This document shows, piece by piece, positions 19,019 to 29,554 of a DNA stretch of 64,000 nucleotides. The DNA is from an uncultured Chlamydiae bacterium (GTDB taxonomy: Bacteria > Chlamydiota > Chlamydiia > Chlamydiales > Parachlamydiaceae): the NCBI GenBank assembly GCA_963799115.1, contig CAWCVY010000049.1, positions 3,901 through 67,900 of the forward strand, written 5' to 3'. Every line of letters begins with the position of its first letter. Positions within the stretch are counted from its first letter, which is position 1. The notes beneath the pieces were generated by a model that was not told the origin of the DNA, searched no databases, and was given only the letters and a program-made list of their open reading frames with translations. A program made the position numbers and the translations under genes.

Positions 19019-19935
19019 TTAAACCTGTTTTTTTTTCGTAAGATAAGATCCAATGACAGCTAAGCTTAGAGCGCTCATGAGAATAATAAGAGTCATCCAT
19101 GTGGAAATAGGGAAGAAATCTGCCACCAGCATTTTGCAGCCAATAAAAATCAAAATAAAGGCAAGGGCATAATGAATCAAATGAAAGCTTTTAATCATCC
19201 CTCTAATGCAAAAAAGAGCGACCGTAAACCCAAAATTGCAAAAATGTTAGAGGTGTAAACAATAAAGGGTTCCGTCGTTATTCCCAATATCGCCGGAACA
19301 GAATCAAGGGCAAAAACTAAATCAGTGGTTTCAATTAAAATTAAGACGGCTAATAAAGGCGTTGCCGCCCATTGTCCATTCTGGCGGATAAGAAAGGCCT
19401 GTCCATGATAAGTAGAGGTAAAGGGAATCCATCTTTTCAGCCACCGGTAAGCACGACTTTTTTCTACTTCTTGTTCGTCTTCTTTTTTAAAAAGTAAGCG
19501 AATTCCCATGACAATTAAAAATAGGCCAAAAAGAAGCAAAATCCCATGAAAATGGGCAATTAAAACAATCCCTCCCCAGATGAGCAGTGCGCGTAGGACA
19601 ATAGCTCCCAACACGCCATAGAAAAGGACTTGATGTTTGGAGGTTTCCGGAACATTAAAGTGCCCAAAGATGAGCAGGAAAACAAAAAGATTGTCGATAC
19701 TCAATGATTTTTCAACCAGATAACCAGTCAAAAAATCCAAAGCCGGCTGATGGCCAAAGGTAAAATAAATCCAGAGGTTGAAGGCCAAGGCCAACAAGAT
19801 CCATCCTGCCGAACTCAGGAGAGCTTCCTTAATGCTTATAGTTCGTGGGCGGTGATAGAAACGGTAGAGCTCTAAGCTTAGCAAAAACAAAATTAATAGA
19901 TTGAAGCCTATCCAATGCAAGGGCGTCACTGGCAT
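19019..19935 (-). pseudogene. TerC-family integral membrane protein, frameshifted
   Basis: The TerC-type pattern ends at LRSLFFALEG (stop at 19195). The conserved continuation MIKSFHLIHYALAFILIFIGCKML... lies in the next frame over 19198..19019. The break falls at a GGG run. Confidence 0.75.
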
Positions 19936-22825
19936 GGCATCTCACAGGGATAGTGGCTTAATTCTCGTATAGCTTGCGGGTTTGACAAAGTATGATAATG
20001 AAAGTCTTTATCTGTTGAACCTCGCATGAGGATTGCCAACCGCCTCTTATTTTGTTTCCCTAAAAATTGCCTTGCAAATTCTAGAAACTCATCGTAAGTG
20101 AGTTCTTTGAAGCCTTGTATACGCTTAGTCATCCATTCAAAGTCTCTATACGTAAATGCCAGGGTTTTGAGTAACTGGCCAGCTTCCAAAAAATTTTGTG
20201 GGGGATTTTCCAACGTATTTAAAAGAGCGTCGCGCATGAGTTCAAATCGCTCTTCTGTAAGTTCCTGCTTAGACATTTCTTGCAAGAAATCTTCAATAAA
20301 TAATTCGAAACGGGCTAATAAGTCCCGTGGATCATGAGAAGATGATTGCACTGCGAAAGTTATAAATAAGCGTTTATTGAATTCATCAGCATGCGAATAT
20401 AGGAGATAGCCGGTTTGTTGTTTCGTTCGCAAAGTAGCAAAAAAGGATGCCCTCATGGCTTGCGCTAAGATTTGTTGAGCTGCACGGGTCTTAAAAGAGA
20501 AGTGAGGATTCTCAATACTTAGAATAACAGCATGGGAAGAACTTTCCACAGGTAATTCAAAAGCATAAGGACTCAGGGAATTGGGTAACACGACTATATT
20601 TTGCTCGAGTCGTTGTTCCGGGGGAAAGATTTGATTGGCAAGCGAACGTTGCAGCTTTTTCCAAAAATCTCCTGCTTGAGTTTGGCTTAAATTTCCATAA
20701 ATCAGCCCCTCAGTATAGGTTTGGTCATATAAATGTTTTAGATAGTGGAGGAAATCCCCATAGGTGATTTTTTCCAAAGCTGCTGCTTGTTGTTGAGGTG
20801 AAGAATAGGATTCGTATAATATGCTGCGAAAGACTTCATATCCTTGTTGCAGAGCTCCTTCACAATTAGAATTATAATATTGCCTTGAAAGAGAGTCTTT
20901 GCATATTTGGAACAAGCTTTCAGAGGGACGGCAACTATTAATTTGTTCTACGATAGTGTCAAATAGAGTGTCTATACTATCCCTATAACCTGTTAATGAA
21001 ATAAGAATGCCATTTTCCGTGAGTGAAAGGGTATAAGAAAGATCGGCTACATGAGCCGGATAGCTATAAGGATTAAGTTTTTCTTCTAAACACTTGAGGT
21101 ACAGATCGGCCATTGCCACTTTTCTAGCATCATTCTGTACAATTGCAGGGGTTTTAATCTCAAAATGCAGCAGAGTTTGAGGCACTTGAAAGTATGTATC
21201 GGGTGCATAGTAAATTTTAGCATGGACATTATCTTCAAGAAGAATAGGCTTTTGAATGGGATGAGAAGATTGAGGACAGAAGTCTCAATGATTTTAAGTT
21301 CCCTCGGAATGAAGGGATTTGGGGGAGGCAGATGGAATTGTTGCGAATCGCATCGTGCGATTGATTCAAAAGAGTGCTCTTGTACCTTATAAGGGATGCC
21401 CATCCAGCGTTCCTGCAGGTTATAAGATCCCACGATTTCAGGGTGGCTGGCCACGACAGCAGTATGAACCCTTTGTGGCGAGAGGTAGCCTAAAAATTCA
21501 CGAACTAAATGGGGGTCAAAAGTTTGCGGGATTAAGACCGATTCAGGAAAGTTTTTGAGATCTTCATAGACCAACAATCTTCCCATTTTCATTAAGTAAT
21601 TGAAAATATCTTCTCTTGGTCGGTGCTGATAGCGAATAGTATGAATTTTCTTAAACTCCTCAAAGAGATAAGGGGGGAGTTCTTGATTTTGAAGGATGTT
21701 GATTGCTTGAAAGCACCGCATAATGACTTGTTCGATTTTTTCCAAACCTTCTTGGGTGAGATAAACCTCCAAAGAAAATAGTGAGTGATATTTCCCTATA
21801 CGAAAACCAGAACAACTTAAACCCTCCGCCAAGCACTCTGCTTTAAGGTTGGCTAACAAGCTTCCAGGCCCTTCATCCCCTAAAAGGGTAGCCACAAAAT
21901 CATCTGTGCTAAGAGAACTTGGTTGAGATGCAAAAGCCGGGATTTCCCACAACAAGTGGAGGGATCTAGTATTTTTAACGGGTTCGATGTAAACAATTTT
22001 GCCCTGCATCTCTTCTGTTAATACTGGCATTTGAGGATAGAAAGGCTTTTGATAGGTGCTAGGAATATCATTAAAATTTTGTAGAACCCATGATTGAAGA
22101 TTTTCTAAAGGAAAGGGAGCTTGTACAATCAAACGCATTAGATGGGCACTATAATGTTTTTGGTGCCATTCTCGAAGAGTTTTTTGGCTGACTTTGGCTA
22201 GCGTGCTAAGATTTCCGGCACTAAAACGATGGAAAGGGTGTTGGGGAGAAGCAATTTCTTTGAGGACATAATGCTCACGAATACCATCCTCATCAAAGTC
22301 CTTAGTGAATTCTTGTTCAATGGCATGCAATTCACGTGAGACACCTGAAGGATTAAAGAGAGGCTTTTTAAAGAAAAAGGCAAAGCGGTCAAGGGCTTCC
22401 TCGAAGGCTTTAGGACTAATTGAGAAAAGATATAATGTATAATCGCTAGCAGTATAGGCATTGGTCTCGCCATCGTTCTCGTGAATGAAACGGTCGTAGT
22501 CTGATTCAAGAGGGTATTTTTCGGTTCCTAAAAATAGCATGTGTTCAAGAAAATGGGCTAAGCCAGGATATTCTTCTGGATCGTTCCAGCTACCTGCTTG
22601 GACAGTTAGAACAGCACCGGCTTTGTTGGCATCGGGGTCGGAAATCAAATAGGCTTCCAAACCATTAGGCAAACGCAGTTTAAGTGTTTGGCGTTTGGCA
22701 AGGGAGGGATTTAGAAAGGGAACAGTTGGTTGATCTTCTATTAAGGTATAATGTTCTTGACCAGTTAACCAAGTACTCAGGCAAATTCCTAAAATGCACA
22801 ACCATTTCCAAAATTTGATCTTCAT
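19926..22825 (-). pseudogene. M16 (insulinase/pitrilysin-like) zinc peptidase, frameshifted
   Basis: The protein has a signal peptide and the HxxEH motif (HFLEHMLFLGTEKYP). Two ORFs (21086..22825 and 19926..21185) overlap. The downstream frame already reads IQKPILLEDNVHAKIYYAPDTYFQVPQTLLHFE upstream of its Met. This places the shift near 21250..21265. Confidence 0.8.
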
Positions 22826-23057
22826 TTGTTCCTCCTGGAATGGATTAAGATCATGACATATTAAAGAAATTAAGAAAATGGTTTTTATTAATAGTAGGTT
22901 GTAGTAAACTAGTGGCTATATTGTTTCTTTACAATTTAAACTCTTAGATGATGAAAAATAAAGAAATGATTTTTGTATATTATAATTGACTTTCACATCT
23001 TTTGCTGAACCAGTAAAAAAGAGAAAGAATTAAAAACAATCAATATAGAGGGATACC

Positions 23058-23702
23058 ATGAAAATTTTGCCAGAACTTGATCATATTATTTTAGGGTTGC
23101 CGGTAGCAGCTTTTTCTGCATTAGGGGCTGCAAGTGGTTTTTTAGAACAGAATCGATTTGCTCCGGTGAGAGTAGTGGGTTGGTTAGGTTGTCGTACAGC
23201 AATCGTATTAGGAGTGTTTAGCGGACTTCCATTACTTATTTATAGTATAGCTAAGACTGCATTTGCCAAAACTTTGAATGCAGCGACTTTTAATCGTTTT
23301 GAATGTCTGAAAGCTTTTGAAAAGCATGCTGAACTGCAATTAAATGTAAGTTTTATTACCGTATCTGCGCTTCCAGTGATTATTTTGGCTTTACCACACG
23401 CTATCCGTATAGCTTATAAGACATATGATACCTATAAACAACTTCAAGCTGTGAAAGATGAGTTGGAAAAATCCGAGTTATGGAAGAATCTGCAAGAGCT
23501 GTACAAAAACATGCAGAATGTCCTCAATCCCGAAGAACAAGAAGTAGTATTGGTTGAAGCAGTTGCAGTTGCAGTAGCACAAGAGCTAGAAGTGGTTCTG
23601 GAGGTAGCAAGAGAGGTTCCTGAGGCTAAGAAAATAGTGGAAGAGGTTAAAGAAGAGATCAAAAAAGAAGAAGCTGCTCTTAAAAAACTTCTAGATTTTT
23701 AA
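23058..23702 (+). CDS. Hypothetical membrane protein with an acidic coiled-coil tail
   Basis: The ORF encodes 214 aa, with several hydrophobic segments in the first 120 aa and an E/V/K-rich C-terminus. Confidence 0.5.
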   Translation: MKILPELDHIILGLPVAAFSALGAASGFLEQNRFAPVRVVGWLGCRTAIVLGVFSGLPLLIYSIAKTAFAKTLNAATFNRFECLKAFEKHAELQLNVSFITVSALPVIILALPHAIRIAYKTYDTYKQLQAVKDELEKSELWKNLQELYKNMQNVLNPEEQEVVLVEAVAVAVAQELEVVLEVAREVPEAKKIVEEVKEEIKKEEAALKKLLDF

Positions 23703-23744
23703 TTGATAAAGCAAAAAAAAAATCTGTAAAAGCTAGAGGCTGTT

Positions 23745-23962
23745 TGAATGAGCCTGAAGGGCTCTAATTGCAACAGCCAGCATGGATTCTCATTCAGGAT
23801 TTTTCATTTAATGAATTTTGAAACAACTTGTGTGAAGCAGGGGGCTGGAAGAATGAGCTTGAAGGGCTCCAATCCAACATTGCCCATGCTTTTACCCACG
23901 GATATGATTCATTCATAATTGTTAAAGATGCTGATGAAGAGCCTGAAGGGCTCAAATTGCAA
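23745..23962. repeat. Family C repeat fragments (3' exon side of the intron)
   Basis: The gagcc(t)gaagggctc hairpin module occurs three times (about 23751, 23856 and 23940), together with an atgcttttacccac end motif. Confidence 0.7.
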
Positions 23963-25969
23963 GTGGGTTAGGGACTGGGTTTCCCAGTCCCTCCCCGTTG
24001 CCGCAAAAGGGTCAATTCCCTTTATTTACCATCGTGCAACTTTCTAGCAATGGGCGGCGCCTCGATCCTATCCTCAAGTAGAGGAACAATGCTAGTACCT
24101 CAATCGCATTCGGCATAGTTCAATGCAGTTCAACACTCCAAGTTTTGTGATGTGTTTATTCCTAAACCGGCTGTTATCGTAGTGCGATATCCGTTTGTAT
24201 TTCATACATCGGATCCGTTTTCTAATCCATTTATCCAGTTTCCTGAATTGACCTATCACATTGGTAGTGCGTGTGCAAAAGTAATTGACAGTTCCTCTTA
24301 TGACTTGATTCAGCTTTTCAACTACTTTCTGATCTAGGTTATGACACCGTATGGTGATTTCTTTCACTTTGGTCTTAAATTTCTCCACTGATTTCTTTCG
24401 CATCTTTGCTCCCCAGCTATTTATTTCGAAACCCAGGAAATCGAATCCATCCTTAGCACGCGTTATATGCGTTTTTTCTTGGCTGAGTTCGAGTCCTAGT
24501 TCATTGAGGAAAGATTGCGCATCTTCCAGCGCCTTTTCGGCCTGTTTCTGGTCTTTGCATAATATGACGAAATCATCCGCATAACGGACAAATTTATATC
24601 CTTTTTCATCTAGTTGTTTATCTAAATGATCGAGGACCATATTTGAAAGTAGGCAGGATATGACCCCGCCCTGAGGAGTGCCTTTTGTTGTAGGTCTGAA
24701 TTCACCCTCTTCCATTACTCCAGACGTGAGAAATTTTTCGATAAGTGAGAGAATATTACCATCCGCTATCTTGGCTTCTGCTGATTCTACGATTACTCGT
24801 AAAGGTATATTATCAAAGAAACCCTTGATATCTGCATCTACGATATATGTGTAACCCTGTTGAATGTAGAGCTCTACACACTCAACAGCTTGGTGACAGC
24901 TTCTTCCTGGCCTAAATCCGTATGAGTTGTCATGAAATTGACAGTCAAAAATAGGGTTTATCAATCTCCGCACAACCTCTTGTGCAATTCGACATCGCAC
25001 AGAAGGTATTCCGAGAGGTCTTGTTTTTCCATTCCCTTTCGGGATATGGACTCTTTTTAGTGGGATGGGCTTATAAGTTCCCTTTTTAAGTTCATTCATA
25101 AGCTTGCTAAGATTTCCTTCTAGGTCTCTTTCGAAAGCCTTGATTGAGATCTTATCAATTCCCGCTGCCCCTCGATTTTTCTTTACTGCTTTGAACGCTT
25201 CATGCATAAGCTTTGTTGTGATTCTCCCAGTGAGAGAATGCACTTTTTGCTTATCGTGTGTTATTTTCACGTATTGGTTTCTCCTAATACTAGTGATTGT
25301 TGGATAACTCTTCGTATCAAGTTCATAGGATCGTTCCTTAGAGATCTGCCCCACCTTTCCTGAAAAAGGGAAGAGGATAACCTATGCGGTTTTTCTCAGC
25401 GTGACGTCTAACTTATCCGAACCTGTTACGTTCGTTATCTCTGATTTTCGGTGTCCCTTATGATTACACTCATAATCATCTCCGGGACGCTGTGGACCTC
25501 AAGAGGTTGGAATTGAAGTTAATTCTGTTCCTCCCATCCTATCATCTTCGCATTTCGGACTGGCCTTATAGCTAAGACTCGATACTGGCGTATCAGGAAG
25601 TAGGCCCTCCTCGGTAAGTATGCAATGCCTTTTTCTTCAGGCGAAGTCACTTATAACCCCTATGATCCTAAAAGGACTTTGTCGTCTATTCCTTCCAGAT
25701 GGAATCTTTGGATTCCAGCGCTTCATTAGGCCGTGGAAATTAGCGCAGACATAGAGGCCAGAATGTGGCTCCTCCCAAAATATCATGACCTGGCTCCTTC
25801 GTCATAATCAATTGCTTGATTACGCTAGCTGATCCGTACCTTGTTCTCACAAGTTCGAGTCATGATTTCTACACGAGGACGAACTCGCATAGGTAGGCTT
25901 AGAGTTTATATTTATTTCATATTCCTCCATTCCGTTTAAGACTTAGTATCGCATACCAGCGATTCGCAC
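23963..25969 (-). mobile_element. Bacterial group II intron (about 2.0 kb) with an intron-encoded RT lacking an endonuclease domain
   Basis: The minus-strand 5' end is GTGCGAATCG at 25969. The RT ORF lies in the expected domain IV position. The sequences on either side join to reconstitute the uninterrupted family C repeat seen at 13321..13371 (...cccagggcgatgccctgggctgt | (t)tgcaatt.gagcccttcaggctc). The 3' end is inferred to +/-1 nt. I could not fold domains V and VI confidently by eye. Confidence 0.8.
24092..25354 (-). CDS. ltrA: Group II intron reverse transcriptase/maturase
   Basis: The translation shows RT motifs (RGAAGIDKISIKAF, RVHIPKGNGKTRPLGIPSVRCRIAQ, YIVDADIKGFFDNI, GTPQGGVISCLLSNM, VRYADDFVILC, THITRAKDGFDFLGF) and a maturase (X) region. 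At 420 aa it has no HNH/En domain. Confidence 0.9.
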   Translation of the reverse strand: MGQISKERSYELDTKSYPTITSIRRNQYVKITHDKQKVHSLTGRITTKLMHEAFKAVKKNRGAAGIDKISIKAFERDLEGNLSKLMNELKKGTYKPIPLKRVHIPKGNGKTRPLGIPSVRCRIAQEVVRRLINPIFDCQFHDNSYGFRPGRSCHQAVECVELYIQQGYTYIVDADIKGFFDNIPLRVIVESAEAKIADGNILSLIEKFLTSGVMEEGEFRPTTKGTPQGGVISCLLSNMVLDHLDKQLDEKGYKFVRYADDFVILCKDQKQAEKALEDAQSFLNELGLELSQEKTHITRAKDGFDFLGFEINSWGAKMRKKSVEKFKTKVKEITIRCHNLDQKVVEKLNQVIRGTVNYFCTRTTNVIGQFRKLDKWIRKRIRCMKYKRISHYDNSRFRNKHITKLGVLNCIELCRMRLRY

Positions 25970-26170
25970 ACAGCCCAGGGCATCGCCCTGGGTGGGGTTC
26001 AGAACAATATAGCAGCCTGTAGGTCTGCCAGAGAGCGACAATATTTGATGTAATTTGTTTGTGATTAATGAATCATTCTGGCAGCCCTTCAGGCTGCAAA
26101 TTTTCTTTTATCCCAACCCAGGGCTATGCCCTGGGTTGTTGCACTTAGAGCCCTCCAGGCTCATTCTCCT
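25970..26170. repeat. Family C palindromic repeat (5' exon side of the intron plus the opposite arm)
   Basis: cccagggcatcgccctggg lies at 25974..25992 and cccagggctatgccctggg at about 26109..26127, followed by ttgttgcacttagagccctccaggctc. The same modules occur in 13254..13516. Confidence 0.75.
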
Positions 26171-28210
26171 TTACACCTGTGCAAACACTAGTGCGGCTTC
26201 TTGCTCCTTGCCTTGCATGATTAGGCTTTCCGCATAACCATTTAAAAGATTAGCATTGGTAGGTTCAAAACGTAAAGCCTCTTTGAATTTTACTTCTGCT
26301 TCCCCATACCGTTGCTGCTTGAATAAACTTTGTGCATAACGAAGTAAAGCAAAGGGATTTCTTTGATTGATTCTTAAAGCGGCTAGAAAATAGTATTCTG
26401 CTTCTCTAAATCTGTTTTGTTGGTCTAAGATATCTGCATAACCGCATAAAGCAAAGGGATTGTTTGGTTCAATTTGCAAAGATGTTTTAAAATGGATTTC
26501 TGCTTCACGAAATTTATTTTGTAGACGTAAAGTGTCTGCGTAAAGTCTTAAATATAAATGGTTATTAGTTTCAACATTCAGCAACTGTTTAAATTTAACT
26601 TCTGCTTCTGGATATTTCTTCAGGTTGCGTAAAGATAAGGCCTCCTCATATAAGGTTTTTGAATAACCTTTTTTGGCATCGGCATGCTGAGGAAAAGTGT
26701 ATAAAGCTGCTTTATATTTTACAAGTGCCTCTTGATACTTCCTCTGTTCAAATAAAATATTGGCGTCATTGCAGAGAGTGTCTGCATTGGCTTTTAAAGC
26801 CAAAGGATTATGCGGTTCAAGCACTAAATCTTCTTCAGAATTCATCACCGCTTGTGCATGGCCGCCTTGCTGTGGTGCAATACCATTCAAAGCTAAACCT
26901 TTATTAGGGTTAATATCAAACCCTGCTTCATTTTTCTCAACTGCATTAACTTGTAAGCGTAAAATTTCTGCATGAGCTGCTAAAGCCAAAGGATGTTTAG
27001 GTTCTATTTCTAGTGCCATTTTAAAAATCCCTTCTGCTTGTACGAGCTTGCCTTGTTGACGTAAAGCTTCTGCATAACCCATTAATGCAGGGATATTTGT
27101 GTGACGAATATTTAAAATCTCTTGGAATTTCTTTTCGGCTTCTGCAAATTTACCCTCTTGATTTAAAACCTCACCGTAGCCAATTAAGGCTGCCATATGC
27201 ATTTGATCAATGGCTAAGACCTTTTGGTAAGTCGCTTTTGCTTCTTCATACCTGCCTTGTAATTGCTGAGCTTTTGCGTAACTAGGTAAAATAAGTAGAT
27301 TATTAGGTTTAACCTTGAGAGCTGCTTCGAACTTTGCTTCGTTTGCTGCATATTTGCTTTGCAGACCTAAAGTTTCTGCATAACCTATTAAAGCTGAAAC
27401 ATTGTTGGGATCTATGTCTAGAACTTTTTGAAATTCTATTTCTGCTTCTGCATGCTTGGTTTGCGAACGTAGAGTTTCTGCCTTGCCGATTAATGCTTTA
27501 ACATTCTCTGGTTCAATGTTTAGAACTTCTTTAAACTGTACTTCTGCTTGCGCATTTTTGCCTTGCAAGCGAAGGGTTTCTGCATAGCCTGTTAAAGCTG
27601 AAACGCTTTTAGGATCAATATTTAGAGCCTCCCGAAACCTTATTTCGGCTCTTGAATATTTGCCTTGTTGACGCAAAGTTTCCGCAAAACCGATTAAAAT
27701 CAGCATATTCCTCGGTTCACTAATTAGAGCCTTTTGAAAATTCTTTTCCGCTTGGGGATATTTTTCTTGAAAGCGCAAAGTTGTTGCATAACCATTTAAA
27801 GCAAAAGTATTATGGGGATCGATGTCTAGAGCTGCTTTATATTTCGCTTCCGCTTCAGGATTCTTGCCTTGCAAGAGTAAATTTTCAGCATATCCTATTA
27901 ATACCAATGCATTATCTGGTTCTTTTTCTAAAACCTGTTGAAACTTCGCTTCGGCTTCTGCATATTTTCCTTGCAGGTTTAGAAATTTTGCCCAATTTAA
28001 ATCGGAAGCTATTTTTTCATTTTTGATAAATTTAAAAGTGTAGCGATAAAGCTGAAAGAGGCAAAATCCTGTTATTAACAAACTTAAAATTGCTATGGCT
28101 ATGAGGCTAATTCTCTTTTGTTGAGCATTGAGAGAATTAATCATTTGAGATTGGATTAAATGACTGTTTTTAATACAGCTATAGAGTGAATTATTTAACG
28201 AAATTGGCAT
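26171..28210 (-). CDS. Membrane-anchored TPR-repeat protein
   Basis: The ORF encodes 679 aa with one N-terminal TM segment (ISLIAIAILSLLITGFCLF). At least 15 consecutive 34-aa repeats of the form AExxFxxALxIxPxNxxALxGYAxxLxxQGK follow. Confidence 0.8.
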   Translation of the reverse strand: MPISLNNSLYSCIKNSHLIQSQMINSLNAQQKRISLIAIAILSLLITGFCLFQLYRYTFKFIKNEKIASDLNWAKFLNLQGKYAEAEAKFQQVLEKEPDNALVLIGYAENLLLQGKNPEAEAKYKAALDIDPHNTFALNGYATTLRFQEKYPQAEKNFQKALISEPRNMLILIGFAETLRQQGKYSRAEIRFREALNIDPKSVSALTGYAETLRLQGKNAQAEVQFKEVLNIEPENVKALIGKAETLRSQTKHAEAEIEFQKVLDIDPNNVSALIGYAETLGLQSKYAANEAKFEAALKVKPNNLLILPSYAKAQQLQGRYEEAKATYQKVLAIDQMHMAALIGYGEVLNQEGKFAEAEKKFQEILNIRHTNIPALMGYAEALRQQGKLVQAEGIFKMALEIEPKHPLALAAHAEILRLQVNAVEKNEAGFDINPNKGLALNGIAPQQGGHAQAVMNSEEDLVLEPHNPLALKANADTLCNDANILFEQRKYQEALVKYKAALYTFPQHADAKKGYSKTLYEEALSLRNLKKYPEAEVKFKQLLNVETNNHLYLRLYADTLRLQNKFREAEIHFKTSLQIEPNNPFALCGYADILDQQNRFREAEYYFLAALRINQRNPFALLRYAQSLFKQQRYGEAEVKFKEALRFEPTNANLLNGYAESLIMQGKEQEAALVFAQV

Positions 28211-28359
28211 GTTATGAACCTTTAATTAATAATAAATCATTTTAATCCAACCAATGTTAAATTTCAATAGAAGTTTTGAATTTTACGCTTAATAGATTCG
28301 CCTAATTCGACAAGCATCAAGTCGAGAAGTGTATCAGATAGATCCCTTTTATCTTAACC

Positions 28360-29178
28360 TTATTGATGAGAACGCCTCTCTTGCCAAATTGCTTGAAGAC
28401 ATTTACCGAAGAATTCTTTCGACCAACCTTTTACTTTTCCAAATTGGCTTTGATATTCCCTTCTGAATTGTTCTTTGTCATGTTCGAGGGATTCAGCTTC
28501 TTTGCTTTCTGTAGGAACTGGCGCTCGTGGATCCAAATGGGCGGATAAAAGGACTAGGGGGTATAAAACTCCTGCAATTTCATTGATTTTATTTAGCATT
28601 GGATTTTGAGGTGGAGCAACCGCCCTGCGTCTTGAAACTCTTTGAGGCGTTTCAGTTCTGGTTGTTCCTCCAGGAAATATCTGGTTGGTCAACATTTTGG
28701 GTATAGCACCTGGGTTCCTTTCCTGTCCAATAACTTCCTCGTGTGCGTCGGATCGTATACTAATCAAAGTGAGTTTAAAGATTAGGCTTGCCAGAGGGAC
28801 ATCCTCCTCTTTTAAATCAATTCCTGAAATACTTTTATCATTAAAGATTAATTTTAAAGCATTATTGATAGTTGATGTATATTGCTTTCCTATATTATTA
28901 AATTCATTCATTTTTTCTTTAAAAAGACCTCTTTTTGACACGAGTTCCTTTTGACATCTATTTAACTTGTACAATACCGTAGCAAGCGTCTGCACTTCTC
29001 TTTCACTTAGAGGTCTTTTCACTTCATTAATAGATTCGTTTAAGGAGTTTAAAGCCTCTGAAGCGATTTTTAACAGCATTTCTCCTTCTTCTGCTTTATT
29101 CTGTAAATCTGGTATATCTTCTATAAATTGATCTATATTCCTTATTAGAGAGTTTGAATCAAATGATGAAGCTTCCAT
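28360..29178 (-). CDS. Hypothetical protein
   Basis: The ORF encodes 272 aa with a helical N-terminal half and no motif I recognise. Confidence 0.5.
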   Translation of the reverse strand: MEASSFDSNSLIRNIDQFIEDIPDLQNKAEEGEMLLKIASEALNSLNESINEVKRPLSEREVQTLATVLYKLNRCQKELVSKRGLFKEKMNEFNNIGKQYTSTINNALKLIFNDKSISGIDLKEEDVPLASLIFKLTLISIRSDAHEEVIGQERNPGAIPKMLTNQIFPGGTTRTETPQRVSRRRAVAPPQNPMLNKINEIAGVLYPLVLLSAHLDPRAPVPTESKEAESLEHDKEQFRREYQSQFGKVKGWSKEFFGKCLQAIWQERRSHQ

Positions 29179-29240
29179 GGTATAACCCCCAACTTTTCGT
29201 CTATACGAAAAGCAGGGTGCAATTTTTATGCCAAAGAATA

Positions 29241-29554
29241 GACATCTTGCATAACCACAATTCCTTGCCCCTGCCCCTGCCCTTGCCCGAAAAAGTTCTG
29301 GCAGGAGGGAGCGGGAGAATATTCCATAGATGAAAAAGCTCGATTTTATCGGAAGCCAAACGGTCTGCAGAATGCGCGGGAATTTTAGATGCGTGTCAAC
29401 GACTACAACTTGTGAATGAAGAACGATATGCCAAAGGGCGAGAATTGCTGATTAGCATCGTGTCTATGCTAGTGAAAATGGCTCAAAAACAACACTAATC
29501 GGGCAAGGGCAGGGGCACGGGCACGGGCAAGGAATTGTGGTTATGCAAGATGTC
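29241..29554. mobile_element. TA-flanked TIR element, internal-deletion derivative carrying the 3' third of a four-helix-bundle gene (family B, copy B1)
   Basis: The left TIR is gacatcttgcataaccacaattccttgcccctgcccctgcccttgccc. The right TIR is its reverse complement with one extra hexamer unit. TA lies at 29239..29240 and 29555..29556. The interior is roughly 85-90% identical by eye to the 3' part of ORF 49781..50140. Confidence 0.8.
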
